Below, piece by piece: positions 63,906-64,000 of a stretch of 64,000 nucleotides of DNA. Where the stretch lies: the IMG/VR virus record IMGVR_UViG_3300027278_000003. The stretch is one strand, 5' to 3'. A model generated the notes under the pieces. It was not told the DNA's origin. It saw only the letters and a program-made list of their open reading frames with translations, and did not search any database. Position numbers and translations under genes: made by a program. Each line of letters starts with the position of its first letter. Position 1 is the stretch's first letter. This DNA comes from a virus (lineage: Duplodnaviria > Caudoviricetes).

Positions 63906-64000
63906 GATATACTCCGTTACATAACATATTTATAATAAACATAGTAGTTAAGTTACGCTCCTGTCTCTTTAAATATATATGAGATGGGAGAAATATTATG

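Overview
Segment of a large lytic dsDNA phage genome (T4-like/jumbo myovirus type, AT-rich, almost entirely + strand). An alphaproteobacterial, probably marine, host is inferred rather than shown. Phage evidence: clamp-loader ATPase, GroES, MazG, PhoH, a stand-alone DnaE fragment, an overlapping spanin pair, three very large Gly/Ala/Thr-rich virion proteins, runs of tiny ORFs behind sigma70-type early promoters, and recurring (A)TAAATA late promoters. No capsid, terminase, integrase, rRNA or CRISPR array is visible. Accessory content: 4 radical SAM enzymes, about 7 HxD...H (2OG-Fe(II)-like) proteins, a sulfotransferase, a SET-domain protein, SDR-like proteins, APS kinase plus nucleotidyltransferase, full-length PutA, HscB/IscA/ErpA-like Fe-S proteins, IF-1, ClpA, DnaJ, Smr, a MotA/TolQ/ExbB-like module and a fatty-acid desaturase. 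The most unusual area is the tRNA locus (56.6-60.25 kb). It has a late-promoter leader peptide with five ACA(Thr) codons in attenuator geometry, four tandem rrn-like promoters, unidentified structured RNAs and 10 tRNAs. One of these, tRNA-Thr, carries a 42-nt hairpin inside its anticodon and lies next to an HNH remnant fused to a duplicated tRNA 5' fragment. Separately, five early promoters carry a positioned CGAATC(A/G), matching the CcrM/GcrA motif, in the -35/-10 spacer. Product calls come from motif recognition by eye; no database searches were run.
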